A DNA stretch of 64,000 bases from Candidatus Hydrogenedentota bacterium (GCA_963674865.2 CAXXYE010000009.1:160001-224000); one strand, 5' to 3'; shown: positions 53,356 through 62,408, numbered from the stretch's first letter. Notes: generated by a model not told the origin, from the letters alone. Translations and numbers: made by a program.

Positions 53356-54493
53356 GAAGACGACGCGATATGTGATCGGACTCATGTCCGGCTCATCGTG
53401 CGATGGCATCGACGTCGCCCTCGTACGAGTCAAAGGCTCGGGCCCCGGCTGCCTGGTCAAACTCATGAAATACGAGCGCGTGCCCTTCGACCCCGCCCTT
53501 CAGACGCGCCTCCTGATGCCTCACATCGACGCGCGCGAGGTCTGTCTTCTGAACTTCGAACTGGGCGAGCAGTTTGCCGCCGCCGCCAAGGCCATGGTCC
53601 AAGCCGCCCGCGACGAGGGCCTATGCGAAGTCGATTTTGTCGCCTCCCACGGACACACCGTCGCCCACGTGCCCCCAAGAGGACACAACAAGGTGGGGAC
53701 CCTCCAAGTGGGCGAACCGGCCCTCATCGCCGAGCGGACGGAACTGCCCGTTGTCTCGAACTTCCGCACCCGGGACATGGCCGCCGGCGGACAAGGCGCG
53801 CCCCTCGTGGCTTACGCCGATTGGCTTCTCTTCCGCCGGGAGGACCGCAACGTCATCTGCCTCAACCTCGGCGGCATCGCCAACATGACGGTCGTCACCC
53901 CGGAACTTGGGAATGTGCTCGCCTTTGACTCGGGCCCCGCCAACATGGCCATTGACGGCGCCGTGCGCCTGCTCACACGCGGCGCGGAGGAATTCGATAA
54001 AGACGGTGCCGCTGCGGCTCGGGGAGTGGTCATCGACGAATTCCTCGAGTATCTACTGGACCACCCCTTCTTCGACCAGACACCCCCCAAGAGCACGGGT
54101 CGCGAAGAGTTCGGACCCGAGGTCTACCTGCGTGACGCCCTGGCCAGCCGCAAGGACAAGTCGTTCGAGGACTTGGTATGCACCGTCACCACGGCTGTCG
54201 GCTACACAATCATTCGCGCCTACACGCGTTTCGTGAAGCCACAGTTCAAGGTCGCCCGCCTGATTGTCAGCGGCGGCGGGGCAAATAACAAAGCCCTCAT
54301 GCGCATCCTGCGTCGGGGCTTCTCCGACACCGTCGTACGCACAAGCGACCATTACGGCATCCCCAGCAAAGCGCGCGAGGCCCTCGCCTTCGCCATCTTG
54401 GGCAACGAAGCCATCTGTGGGGAGCCGGCCAATGTCCCGAGTGCAACAGGAGCCCGGAAACGGGTTATTCTCGGAAATATCACACCGGCCTAA
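53333..54493 (+). CDS. anmK: Anhydro-N-acetylmuramic acid kinase
   Basis: IGLMSGSSCDGID, SHGHT, DMAAGGQGAPLV, NLGGIAN, FDSGPAN, PKSTGREEF, EALAFA. Confidence 0.95.
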   Translation: MDLTAIPRKTTRYVIGLMSGSSCDGIDVALVRVKGSGPGCLVKLMKYERVPFDPALQTRLLMPHIDAREVCLLNFELGEQFAAAAKAMVQAARDEGLCEVDFVASHGHTVAHVPPRGHNKVGTLQVGEPALIAERTELPVVSNFRTRDMAAGGQGAPLVAYADWLLFRREDRNVICLNLGGIANMTVVTPELGNVLAFDSGPANMAIDGAVRLLTRGAEEFDKDGAAAARGVVIDEFLEYLLDHPFFDQTPPKSTGREEFGPEVYLRDALASRKDKSFEDLVCTVTTAVGYTIIRAYTRFVKPQFKVARLIVSGGGANNKALMRILRRGFSDTVVRTSDHYGIPSKAREALAFAILGNEAICGEPANVPSATGARKRVILGNITPA

Positions 54494-54693
54494 CGCCCGC
54501 CCTCGCAGAAACACCTATCTCCATCCTCTCTCGAGTATCCTGCTCCGCCTCACCGTATCTACTAAAACTACTCTTAAGCCTTTTTCCTGCTGCCATAACA
54601 ACAGATCCCGCGCATATTTTTCCATTTTGCGGCCTTTTTTCTGCCTGTCTTCTGCCCCCATATGAGCCTACGCTATTGAAATTGCTCAGGTTA

Positions 54694-54755
54694 GAACATC
54701 GTTAGAACATACAAGATTTCGTTTGACAGATCGAAGGAACCACTATATAATGGGG
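54694..54755 (+). promoter_or_regulatory. nrdD promoter: consensus sigma70 promoter with tandem NrdR boxes
   Basis: TTGACA (54723-54728)-17 bp-TATAAT (54746-54751). Boxes ataCAAgATtTcGtt (54709) and ccaCTATATAaTGgg (54740) are 31 bp apart. GAAC-N7-GAAC at 54694-54708. Confidence 0.85.
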
Positions 54756-54758
54756 TGT

Positions 54759-54980
54759 ACGGTCAAATTGATTGACCGTCGGGAGAATCTGCTTGTGTCT
54801 CCGCAGAAGCATGACCTCGCCCGTGGCGGAGGGAGGAACCAGGAGGTGGCCGCCGGGGAATTATTCAGGCGTTACACCCTTCTTTAGAAGCCGTAAGCCC
54901 TTTTATTGAATGATTTTCCTCCCTCTGGGTCACACGGTACGAGGCCGGACGCGGTCGCGGGCAGATGTTAGATCCTGGCG
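54759..54980 (+). ncRNA. Candidate structured 5' leader RNA of nrdD (family not recognised)
   Basis: Nested complementary segments found by eye (see findings). Confidence 0.5.
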
Positions 54981-55004
54981 AGACGCGCGGTAGGAGTACC
55001 ACCT

Positions 55005-57110
55005 ATGTTCGACCAAATCCGCAAACGCGACGGAAGTATTGAGAAATTCCACCCCGAAAAGATCACCTGGGCCATATTCAAGGCGGCGGCGGCGTGCGGA
55101 GGCACCGATTTCAGTCGCGCGGAAGAACTGTGTGCCGAAGTCGTCCGCCTAGCGGACGGCAACTTTCTCGAACGCATACCTGAGGTGGAAAGCATCCAGG
55201 ACCTCGTAGAGAAGGTCCTCATCGAGAATGGCCATGCCCGCACGGCCAAAGCGTACATCCTCTACCGTGAGAAACGCGCCAGCGCTCGCAACCTCAACGC
55301 GCTCATTGGCGCTACCATCGACCTCTTCTCGGACTACTTAGGCGATCGCGATTGGCGCATCAAAGAGAACGCCAACATGCAAAAGAGCGTCAATGGCCTG
55401 AACAACTATGTGAGGGAGTTCTTCACTACCAACTACTGGCTCCATGAGGTCTATCCCGCCGAGGTCCGGGAGGCCCATGAGAGCGGCGACGCTCATATTC
55501 ACGACCTCGGTTGGATGGGGCCTTACTGCGCCGGTTGGGACCTGCGTCAACTGCTCATGGAAGGCTTCGGCGGCGTACCAGGCAAAGTGGAAAGCTCACC
55601 TGGCCGTCATCTCCGCTCCTTCCTCGGCCAAATCGTCAACTCCACATTCACCACGCAAGGGGAAACAGCCGGCGCCCAAGCCTGGTCCAGCTTTGACACC
55701 TACTGCGCTCCTTTCATTCGCTATGACCAACTTACCTATGCCCAGGTTCGCCAGGCCCTCCAGGAATTCATCTTCAACATCAACGTACCGACCCGCGTCG
55801 GCTTCCAGTGCCCCTTTTCGAACCTGACTTTCGACCTCACGGTTCCCAGCACGCTCCGCGATCAGCCCGTCATCATCGGCGGCAAACCAATGGAGGAGAC
55901 GTACGGCGAGTTCCAGGCGGAGATGGACCTGTTCAACCAAGCCTTCTGCGAGGTCATGATGGAAGGCGATGCCAAGGGACGCGTGTTTACATTCCCCATC
56001 CCAACGATCAATATCACCTCCGATTTCGATTGGGATTCGCCCGCCGTAGACGCCTTCATGCGGATAACCTGCAAGTACGGCATTCCCTACTTCGCCAACT
56101 ACGTCAATTCCGACTTGTCCCCCGAGGACGCCATCTCGATGTGCTGCCGTCTGCGTCTTGATACCAAGGAGCTTCGCCGCCGCGGCGGCGGCCTCTTTGG
56201 CAGCAATCCCTTAACCGGCTCCATCGGCGTCTATACCATCAACCTGCCTCGCATTGGCTATCTCTCGAAATCCAAGCAGGAATTCAAAGCGCGTCTCTGG
56301 CGTCTTGTCCACATCGGGAAGACATCGCTCGAAATCAAACGCAAGATCATCGAGCAGCAAACGGAACGCGGATTGTATCCCTACTCCGCGCGATACCTCA
56401 GAGCGATCTACGAGAAGACCGGTGAGTTCTGGCACAACCACTTCAGCACCATCGGCGTCGTCGGCATGAACGAGGCGCTCCTCAACTTCATTGGGAAAGA
56501 CATCACCTCCCCTGAAGGCCAGGAATTCAGTATCGAGATCATGGAGTACCTGCGGGATCTGCTCATGGAGATCCAGGAAGACACCGGCCATGTCTACAAT
56601 CTCGAGGCGTCTCCCGCCGAAGGTGCTGCATACCGCCTTGCCCGCCGCGACAAAGCCAAGTATCCCGAAATCCTCGCCGCCGGAAACGGCACCCCCTATT
56701 ACACGAACTCGACCCAACTGCCCGTCGGCTACACCGACGATGTTTTCGACACGCTCGAACTCCAGGACGAACTCCAGTCGATGTACACGGGAGGCACGGT
56801 TCTCCATCTGTACCTGGGAGAAAGCATAGAAGATAATGCCGTGAGCAAGCGCCTAATCCAGCGCATCTTCAGCAAGTACAAACTCCCTTACCTATCCATC
56901 ACTCCTACTTTCAGTATCTGTCCGGAACACGGCTATATTCGCGGCGAGCACTATGCCTGCCCGCAATGCCATAGTGAAACCGAGGTCTGGTCGCGCGTCA
57001 CCGGATACCTCCGGCCCGTCGCCAACTACAACGAAGGCAAGAAACAGGAATATCTCGAGCGCACGAAGTTCCGCGTTCCGGAAAACGTTGAGGCAGTAGC
57101 GCAGGCATGA
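55005..57110 (+). CDS. nrdD: Anaerobic (class III) ribonucleoside-triphosphate reductase with ATP cone
   Basis: IRKRDG ATP cone, HIHDL, YCAGW, SMCCRL, Zn ribbon (ICPEHG, CPQC), glycyl loop SRVTGYLRPV. Confidence 0.96.
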   Translation: MFDQIRKRDGSIEKFHPEKITWAIFKAAAACGGTDFSRAEELCAEVVRLADGNFLERIPEVESIQDLVEKVLIENGHARTAKAYILYREKRASARNLNALIGATIDLFSDYLGDRDWRIKENANMQKSVNGLNNYVREFFTTNYWLHEVYPAEVREAHESGDAHIHDLGWMGPYCAGWDLRQLLMEGFGGVPGKVESSPGRHLRSFLGQIVNSTFTTQGETAGAQAWSSFDTYCAPFIRYDQLTYAQVRQALQEFIFNINVPTRVGFQCPFSNLTFDLTVPSTLRDQPVIIGGKPMEETYGEFQAEMDLFNQAFCEVMMEGDAKGRVFTFPIPTINITSDFDWDSPAVDAFMRITCKYGIPYFANYVNSDLSPEDAISMCCRLRLDTKELRRRGGGLFGSNPLTGSIGVYTINLPRIGYLSKSKQEFKARLWRLVHIGKTSLEIKRKIIEQQTERGLYPYSARYLRAIYEKTGEFWHNHFSTIGVVGMNEALLNFIGKDITSPEGQEFSIEIMEYLRDLLMEIQEDTGHVYNLEASPAEGAAYRLARRDKAKYPEILAAGNGTPYYTNSTQLPVGYTDDVFDTLELQDELQSMYTGGTVLHLYLGESIEDNAVSKRLIQRIFSKYKLPYLSITPTFSICPEHGYIRGEHYACPQCHSETEVWSRVTGYLRPVANYNEGKKQEYLERTKFRVPENVEAVAQA

Positions 57111-57844
57111 AGATAGGGGGCCTAGACAAGACCTCCCTGGTCGACTGGCCGGGCATGATCGCGGCAACAGTTTTCACGGCCGGCTGCAATCTGGATTGTT
57201 TCTTCTGCCATAACCGTGCCCTCATCAAACGGGACGGCCAGCCCGCGGCACTGGATCCGGACGAGGTGTTGACATGGTTAGGCGAACGCGTCGGTTTTCT
57301 TGACGGCGTTGTCATCTCGGGCGGCGAGCCTACTCTTCAGCCCGGACTCACCGATTTTGTGCGACGAGTTCGCGATCTCGGTTACCGCGTGAAACTCGAT
57401 ACTAACGGAACGCTGCCGGATATCGTTCGGGACCTTGTTCATCAAGAACTAGTCGATTACATCGCCATGGATGTCAAAGCACCCATGGAGAAATACGAAC
57501 ATGTCTGCGGCGTGCCGGTCGATCACGGCACCATAAACGCCACAATCGACCTATTACTCCAAGGCCGCGTAGACTATGAGTTTCGTACGACTTGTGTGCC
57601 TCAATTGACGGAAGATGACATGGTGGCGATCTCTCGACGCATTGCCGGCGCACGCCGCTACGTCCTGCAGCAATATCAGCCGGAACATACTTCCGGGGCC
57701 AAAAAGCAAAATCCGTCCAATGAAACGCCTCATACGCCGGGTTGGGCCGCCCGCGTGATCCAGAAGATCTCATCTAACGTCGCGGCTGTGTACCTCAGAG
57801 GTTTCGTACGGGACGTCTCCGTGGCGCAGTCATCTGCCGCATAA
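57107..57844 (+). CDS. nrdG: Anaerobic RNR activating radical SAM enzyme
   Basis: CNLDCFFCHN (CxxxCxxC), SGGEPT, KLDTNG, YEFRTT. ATGA overlap with nrdD. Confidence 0.93.
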   Translation: MKIGGLDKTSLVDWPGMIAATVFTAGCNLDCFFCHNRALIKRDGQPAALDPDEVLTWLGERVGFLDGVVISGGEPTLQPGLTDFVRRVRDLGYRVKLDTNGTLPDIVRDLVHQELVDYIAMDVKAPMEKYEHVCGVPVDHGTINATIDLLLQGRVDYEFRTTCVPQLTEDDMVAISRRIAGARRYVLQQYQPEHTSGAKKQNPSNETPHTPGWAARVIQKISSNVAAVYLRGFVRDVSVAQSSAA

Positions 57845-57935
57845 TGAATAGATTCCTCTCAGCTAATTTCTAGGGCGTGCTGCTGCCCAATCTGACGGTC
57901 TGCCCGCGTGCTGTAACACAATCAGGGAAGGTCTT

Positions 57936-58958
57936 ATGGAGAAGATACGCACTGCGATCCTAGGATACGGCCGTAGCGGCAGTAATCTTCACGCTGGGGC
58001 CATTGAGAAGAATCCACACGCCTTTGAGATGACTGCCGCTTGCGACGTCGATCCTGAACGGCAGCAGCAGGCCAGGGAACGCTTCAGTTGTCACGTCTAT
58101 GACGACTACCATGAAATGTTGGCCAAGGAGAGACTGGACCTCGTAAGTATCGTCACACGCAGCGATCAACATTGCCAAATGACCTGCGATTGTCTCGCGG
58201 CGGGCGTTAACGTGCTGGTTACAAAGCCGTGGGCAATTGACGAATCCGAAGCACAACGCATGATGGCCGCGCAGAAAGTATCGGGAAAGCAACTCTTTCC
58301 TTGGCTGCCGGCACGCTGGGGAGCGGACCTCCTGCGTCTCCGTGAACTTCTCAGCGAAAACACTATTGGTAATGTTTTTCTTGTGCGACGTTCGGTTACG
58401 TGCTTCAGAACGCGGTCAGACTGGCAAACGGAGCGCCGGTACGGGGGCGGGTACTTGCTCAACTGGGGCCCGCATATCATCGATGCACCCATTCAACTTC
58501 TTGGAAGCCCGGTGAAAACGGTGTACGCAAGTATGCGGCAAGTAATCAATCCCAATGACGGCGAAGACCTATTCCTGGCTGTAATGACGCTCGAAAGCGG
58601 CGCCTTGATTCAGGCGGAATTCACCATCACCATCGAGGGAATGCCGAGCTGGTTCATCCAGGGGGATCGCGGTACTATCAAGATTCACGGGAACAAGCTA
58701 AAGCTATACTGTGGAACGCCGGCGCATCCGGACGATCCAACGGCCTACAAAGACATCGATGGCAAGCAGGAACATATCCGTGAAGAAACCTTGAACGGAG
58801 CACTCTATGGGGATGAAGTGGCCATCTATGCTGAGGTGGCCGAAGCTCTTAGAGGTTCAACACCTTTCGCGGTAACGCCATCTCACGCACTGGCGCTCAC
58901 GCGTATTCTCGACGCTATTCGTGCATCGGACAACGGCAACTGTCTCGTTCAACTATAG
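57936..58958 (+). CDS. Gfo/Idh/MocA family oxidoreductase
   Basis: AILGYGRSG, VLVTKP (EKP-like), GGGYLLNWGPHIID. Confidence 0.88.
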   Translation: MEKIRTAILGYGRSGSNLHAGAIEKNPHAFEMTAACDVDPERQQQARERFSCHVYDDYHEMLAKERLDLVSIVTRSDQHCQMTCDCLAAGVNVLVTKPWAIDESEAQRMMAAQKVSGKQLFPWLPARWGADLLRLRELLSENTIGNVFLVRRSVTCFRTRSDWQTERRYGGGYLLNWGPHIIDAPIQLLGSPVKTVYASMRQVINPNDGEDLFLAVMTLESGALIQAEFTITIEGMPSWFIQGDRGTIKIHGNKLKLYCGTPAHPDDPTAYKDIDGKQEHIREETLNGALYGDEVAIYAEVAEALRGSTPFAVTPSHALALTRILDAIRASDNGNCLVQL

Positions 58959-59029
58959 TGACGCTGACTTTTGCTTTTGGGAAAGTGATTTGCTAGCATG
59001 ACCTCGGTCACTTCGCTCGATAGGACACC

Positions 59030-59600
59030 TTGGGGATATGTTGTGGATAACTTCGATAGGTGGGCTTATTGAAGAGCATATGGTGTGATCATGTGCCCAG
59101 CCGAAGTCTCTAGTAGACAATATCTTAAGGTATCGCGGCCGAACATTTCTTGAATTTCGTGATTGTTTGTAAGTCTTTTTAATTAAAGTGTTTATGAAAC
59201 ACCAAAAACGCCGCCAAAGAACAGAGGTTGTCAACATGGCCACTGTTCCACGGTTTTGGTATAAAGACCGACAGAGACGTGATTCAACACCGGATCGACC
59301 TGTTTTTGAGGTGTGGAAAAACCGCAGCAAAGCTCCGTGGAACACGTTCTTCGCGCATTTGTGGACAGTACCTTCAGCCTCCGGGGATAGACGAACTATA
59401 CTTTCCACAAACAATGATGCGTCAAGCGTAAGGAAACAACCAACTAGCAGGCCGCCCGTGAATATGTGTATAAGTGCACACTGTTCTTCCAGGAGAATTC
59501 CACAACATAAATGCTTGTGCAACAACGGAGTTGGCTTGATTTCCAGACTTTCCACAAGTACTACTAAGACTACTTCTATTTTTATAAATAATCGAACTAC
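59030..59600. other. oriC: Probable chromosomal replication origin oriC
   Basis: DnaA boxes TGTGGATAA 59042, TGTGGAAAA 59312, CTTTCCACA 59401, TGTGTATAA 59465, AATTCCACA 59496 and CTTTCCACA 59548. Trio repeats at 59559-59579 and an AT-rich tract follow. Low GC, directly upstream of dnaN. Confidence 0.88.
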
Positions 59601-59644
59601 ACTATAGCCAAAGATAATTCACACACCCTTACGGAGACTCACCA

Positions 59645-60751
59645 ATGAAAATTAAAATTCCCCGGCAAGACCTTCTAAGTGCGGTCAACAGAGTCAAGAC
59701 TGTTGTATCACCCAGGTCTGCTTTACCCATTCTGTCGCATATACTCATTGAGACAGGCGAAAGTGCCCTTCGTCTTTCCGCTACAGATCTCAAGGTAAGT
59801 ATCGAGTGCTGGACGGATTGTACCGTGATGGAACCTGGTTCGCTTACACTATCATCGCAGCGGTTATCCTCAATTCTGGCCGAGATGCCGGAAGGAGATG
59901 TGACACTCCAGCTTGGCGATAACCGCGTTGTAGTACTGGAAGCAGGCCGAATTCAGACAAAGCTTTTCAGTATGGCGCCCGATGAATTCCCGCCTATTCG
60001 CGACTTCAAAGATGTTGAGCCACTTGTACTGAAACAGGGAATTCTCAAGAGGCTTTTCGAGAAGACGTCGTTTGCCATTTGTACCGATCAGGCGCGATAC
60101 AATCTGACAGGTCTACTCGTCGAGATTGCGGATGGGCGGCTTACTGTCGTGGCCACGGATGGGCGTCGTATGAGTATGTGCGTTGAGGGAGAAGATATTC
60201 CCGACGGCATCAGCTTCAAGGTCATTATCCCTGGCAAGATGATTTCGGAACTCGAGCGTCTCTTGGGCGATGAAGATGAAGTCAAGGTCTTCATAAATGA
60301 GAGTCAAGCGGCTTTCGAGTTTGGGTCAGTCCGCCTTGTCTCGGCGCTTATTGAGGGCAATTTCCCGAACTACCAAATGGTTGTTCCGAAGAAACAGGAT
60401 AAAGAGGCGGTTGCGGGCCTTGAAGCCTTCATAGAGGCCGTTCGACGCACACGGACGATGACAAATGATAAGTTCAACTCTGTCCGGCTGAACCTGAGTA
60501 ACGCCACGATGACACTTAAGGTGGTGACGCCGGAGGTGGGCGAGTACGTCGAGGACATGGCTATCGAGTATGAAGGCCCATCACTCGAGATTGCCTTCAA
60601 CCCCGATTTCATTCTTGAGGTCCTGCGTCACATTGATACCGAAAAGGTCATAATCTCACTCAAGGACGCTATGAGCCCGGGTGTCCTGAAACCACACAGT
60701 GAGACACAGCTTGACAACTATATGAACGTGATCATGCCTATCCGCATCTAG
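59645..60751 (+). CDS. dnaN: DNA polymerase III beta sliding clamp
   Basis: LPILSHILI, ATDL, VATDGRRM, LIEGNFPNY, IAFNP, VIMPIR. Confidence 0.96.
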   Translation: MKIKIPRQDLLSAVNRVKTVVSPRSALPILSHILIETGESALRLSATDLKVSIECWTDCTVMEPGSLTLSSQRLSSILAEMPEGDVTLQLGDNRVVVLEAGRIQTKLFSMAPDEFPPIRDFKDVEPLVLKQGILKRLFEKTSFAICTDQARYNLTGLLVEIADGRLTVVATDGRRMSMCVEGEDIPDGISFKVIIPGKMISELERLLGDEDEVKVFINESQAAFEFGSVRLVSALIEGNFPNYQMVVPKKQDKEAVAGLEAFIEAVRRTRTMTNDKFNSVRLNLSNATMTLKVVTPEVGEYVEDMAIEYEGPSLEIAFNPDFILEVLRHIDTEKVIISLKDAMSPGVLKPHSETQLDNYMNVIMPIRI

Positions 60752-60905
60752 GTTGCGCTCGTCAGGGGCATCCTGCGAAACGTCTAGTCACTGTGTCGGG
60801 CGTGACTTCTGCCTCATGATCCCATCACTAAGAATCTCCCAAGGTCTCCATTGCTTTATGTGCCGCTGAAAGAAGGTACTTGTCTTCGAAAGTAAGGCGG
60901 CTACG

Positions 60906-61213
60906 AAGCGTTATATGGTGCTGACCATGCCCATATCTTGTGTTTGAAGCCTACGTTTTGGGCGGCATTCGGTGTGTGGATAAGTTGTGAGTTATCCACG
61001 GGCGATACGTAAGTGTTAGCATCAAGGCAGACATTCTGCTCAGTGTTCACACCTTATCTGGAACTCACAAGAGTCCATAAACAACTGTTATATAGTGTTT
61101 TATAGGTTTTGCATCATCTGAAGATAGGCACAGAATAGGAGCTAGGTTCTATCTTGACAGATGACGGGGCGTGCATGTCAGGTTGTGGAAAAGGTCGTGG
61201 AAAACGTTGACAG
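60906..61213. promoter_or_regulatory. Second DnaA-box cluster downstream of dnaN
   Basis: TGTGGATAA 60975, TTATCCACG 60992, TGTGGAAAA 61184 and CGTGGAAAA 61196, in a 540-bp low-GC gap between convergent genes. Confidence 0.65.
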
Positions 61214-61291
61214 AGACCGTATGCTACATCTTGGGCCCTTATTCAGGCTCATGGCCAAAGAAACGACGGACAAAGCAGTTCATCAATGACC

Positions 61292-62305
61292 TCAATGGCC
61301 GTCGAGTATCTCCGCTACCTGAACCGCGTTTAATGCCGCGCCTTTGAGTAGATTGTCGGATACTACCCACATATCCAACGCACTCGCGTGTGAAATGTCT
61401 TCGCGGATACGGCCGACGAATGTATCATACTTCCCGGCAGCATTACTCGCGAGAGGATATACCTGTGCGTCAGGATCATCCTCGACCGTTATACCGGGAG
61501 CATTGCGGAGAATATCACGCGCTTCTTGAGCGGTCAGCTTGCGCTCTGTCTCGATATTGACGCACTCGCTGTGTCCAGTGTGAACCGGAACGCGGACGGT
61601 CGTAGCCGTGACGGCAATTGAGTCATCCCCCATGATTTTCTTGGTTTCATTCACCATCTTCATCTCTTCAGAGGTGTAGCCATTGTCCCCGAAAGCACCG
61701 CTCTGAGGGATCTGAGGAATGCAGTTGAAAGCAATCTGATGAGGAAAGATGACTGATTTAGGCGCTTCATTGGCCAACACCGCTCGTGTCTGTGCCATGA
61801 GTTCGTCCAGCGCCTTGATTCCCGCGCCCGACACCGCTTGGTAGGTAGAGACCACAACGCGTCGGATGGTTGCCGCATCATGGAGAGGCTTGAGGACAAC
61901 CACCATCTGGATGGTCGAGCAGTTTGGATTGGCTATGATGCCCTTATGCCAGCTCACGTCGCCCGGGTTGACCTCAGGTACCACGAGGGGCACCTCGGGA
62001 TCCATGCGCCATGCGCTCGAATTGTCCACGACGACACAGCCATCGGCGGCCGCACAAGGCGCGAACTTCTTGCTCGTGCTTCCGCCGGCGCTGAACAGAG
62101 CTATTTCGACGCCCTTGAAGGAGTTTTCGTCAAGGACTTCAACCGGTAGGGTCTCACCGCGAAACGTGAGCGTGCGCCCTCTAGAGCGCTCCGATGCCAG
62201 CAGCTTGATGGACTTGATGGGGAATTCCCGTTCTTCAAGGACCTGCAGCATACGGCTGCCCACTAGACCTGTCGCCCCAGCGACTGCCACCGATTTAGGG
62301 GTCAT
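61292..62305 (-). CDS. asd: Aspartate-semialdehyde dehydrogenase
   Basis: GATGLVG, DNSSAWRM, VPEVN, ANPNCSTIQ, STYQAVSGAG, RVPV..GHS, DNLLKGAALNAVQ. Confidence 0.96.
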   Translation of the reverse strand: MTPKSVAVAGATGLVGSRMLQVLEEREFPIKSIKLLASERSRGRTLTFRGETLPVEVLDENSFKGVEIALFSAGGSTSKKFAPCAAADGCVVVDNSSAWRMDPEVPLVVPEVNPGDVSWHKGIIANPNCSTIQMVVVLKPLHDAATIRRVVVSTYQAVSGAGIKALDELMAQTRAVLANEAPKSVIFPHQIAFNCIPQIPQSGAFGDNGYTSEEMKMVNETKKIMGDDSIAVTATTVRVPVHTGHSECVNIETERKLTAQEARDILRNAPGITVEDDPDAQVYPLASNAAGKYDTFVGRIREDISHASALDMWVVSDNLLKGAALNAVQVAEILDGH

Positions 62306-62408
62306 CGTAGAAACTCCTTCATTGAGAGCGGCCACAGCATGGCCTGCATACGTGTATCAAGATATGTATTGGACGAGGAATATCAACGCTATCGAGTTGG
62401 GCGTAGCG

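Noticed and set aside
54555..54580. Trio-like CTACTAAAACTACTCTT after anmK
   Set aside because: No adjacent good DnaA box or AT-rich unwinding tract. The 59.5 kb site is far better.
54759..55004. Cobalamin riboswitch, SRP RNA or 6S RNA as the identity of the nrdD leader
   Set aside because: I could not find the B12-box/GCCACTG elements or the SRP helix-8 motif. 6S is not excluded, but the side hairpins and NrdR-boxed promoter fit a leader better.
59244..59344. parS half-sites TGTTCCACG and CGTGGAACA
   Set aside because: They are ~90 bp apart rather than forming a 16-bp palindrome, and are better explained as degenerate DnaA boxes.
58953..59607. ORFs of 200 aa (-) and 139 aa (+) in the gap before dnaN
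   Set aside because: No recognisable motifs, atypical composition, and they overlap the DnaA-box/DUE region.
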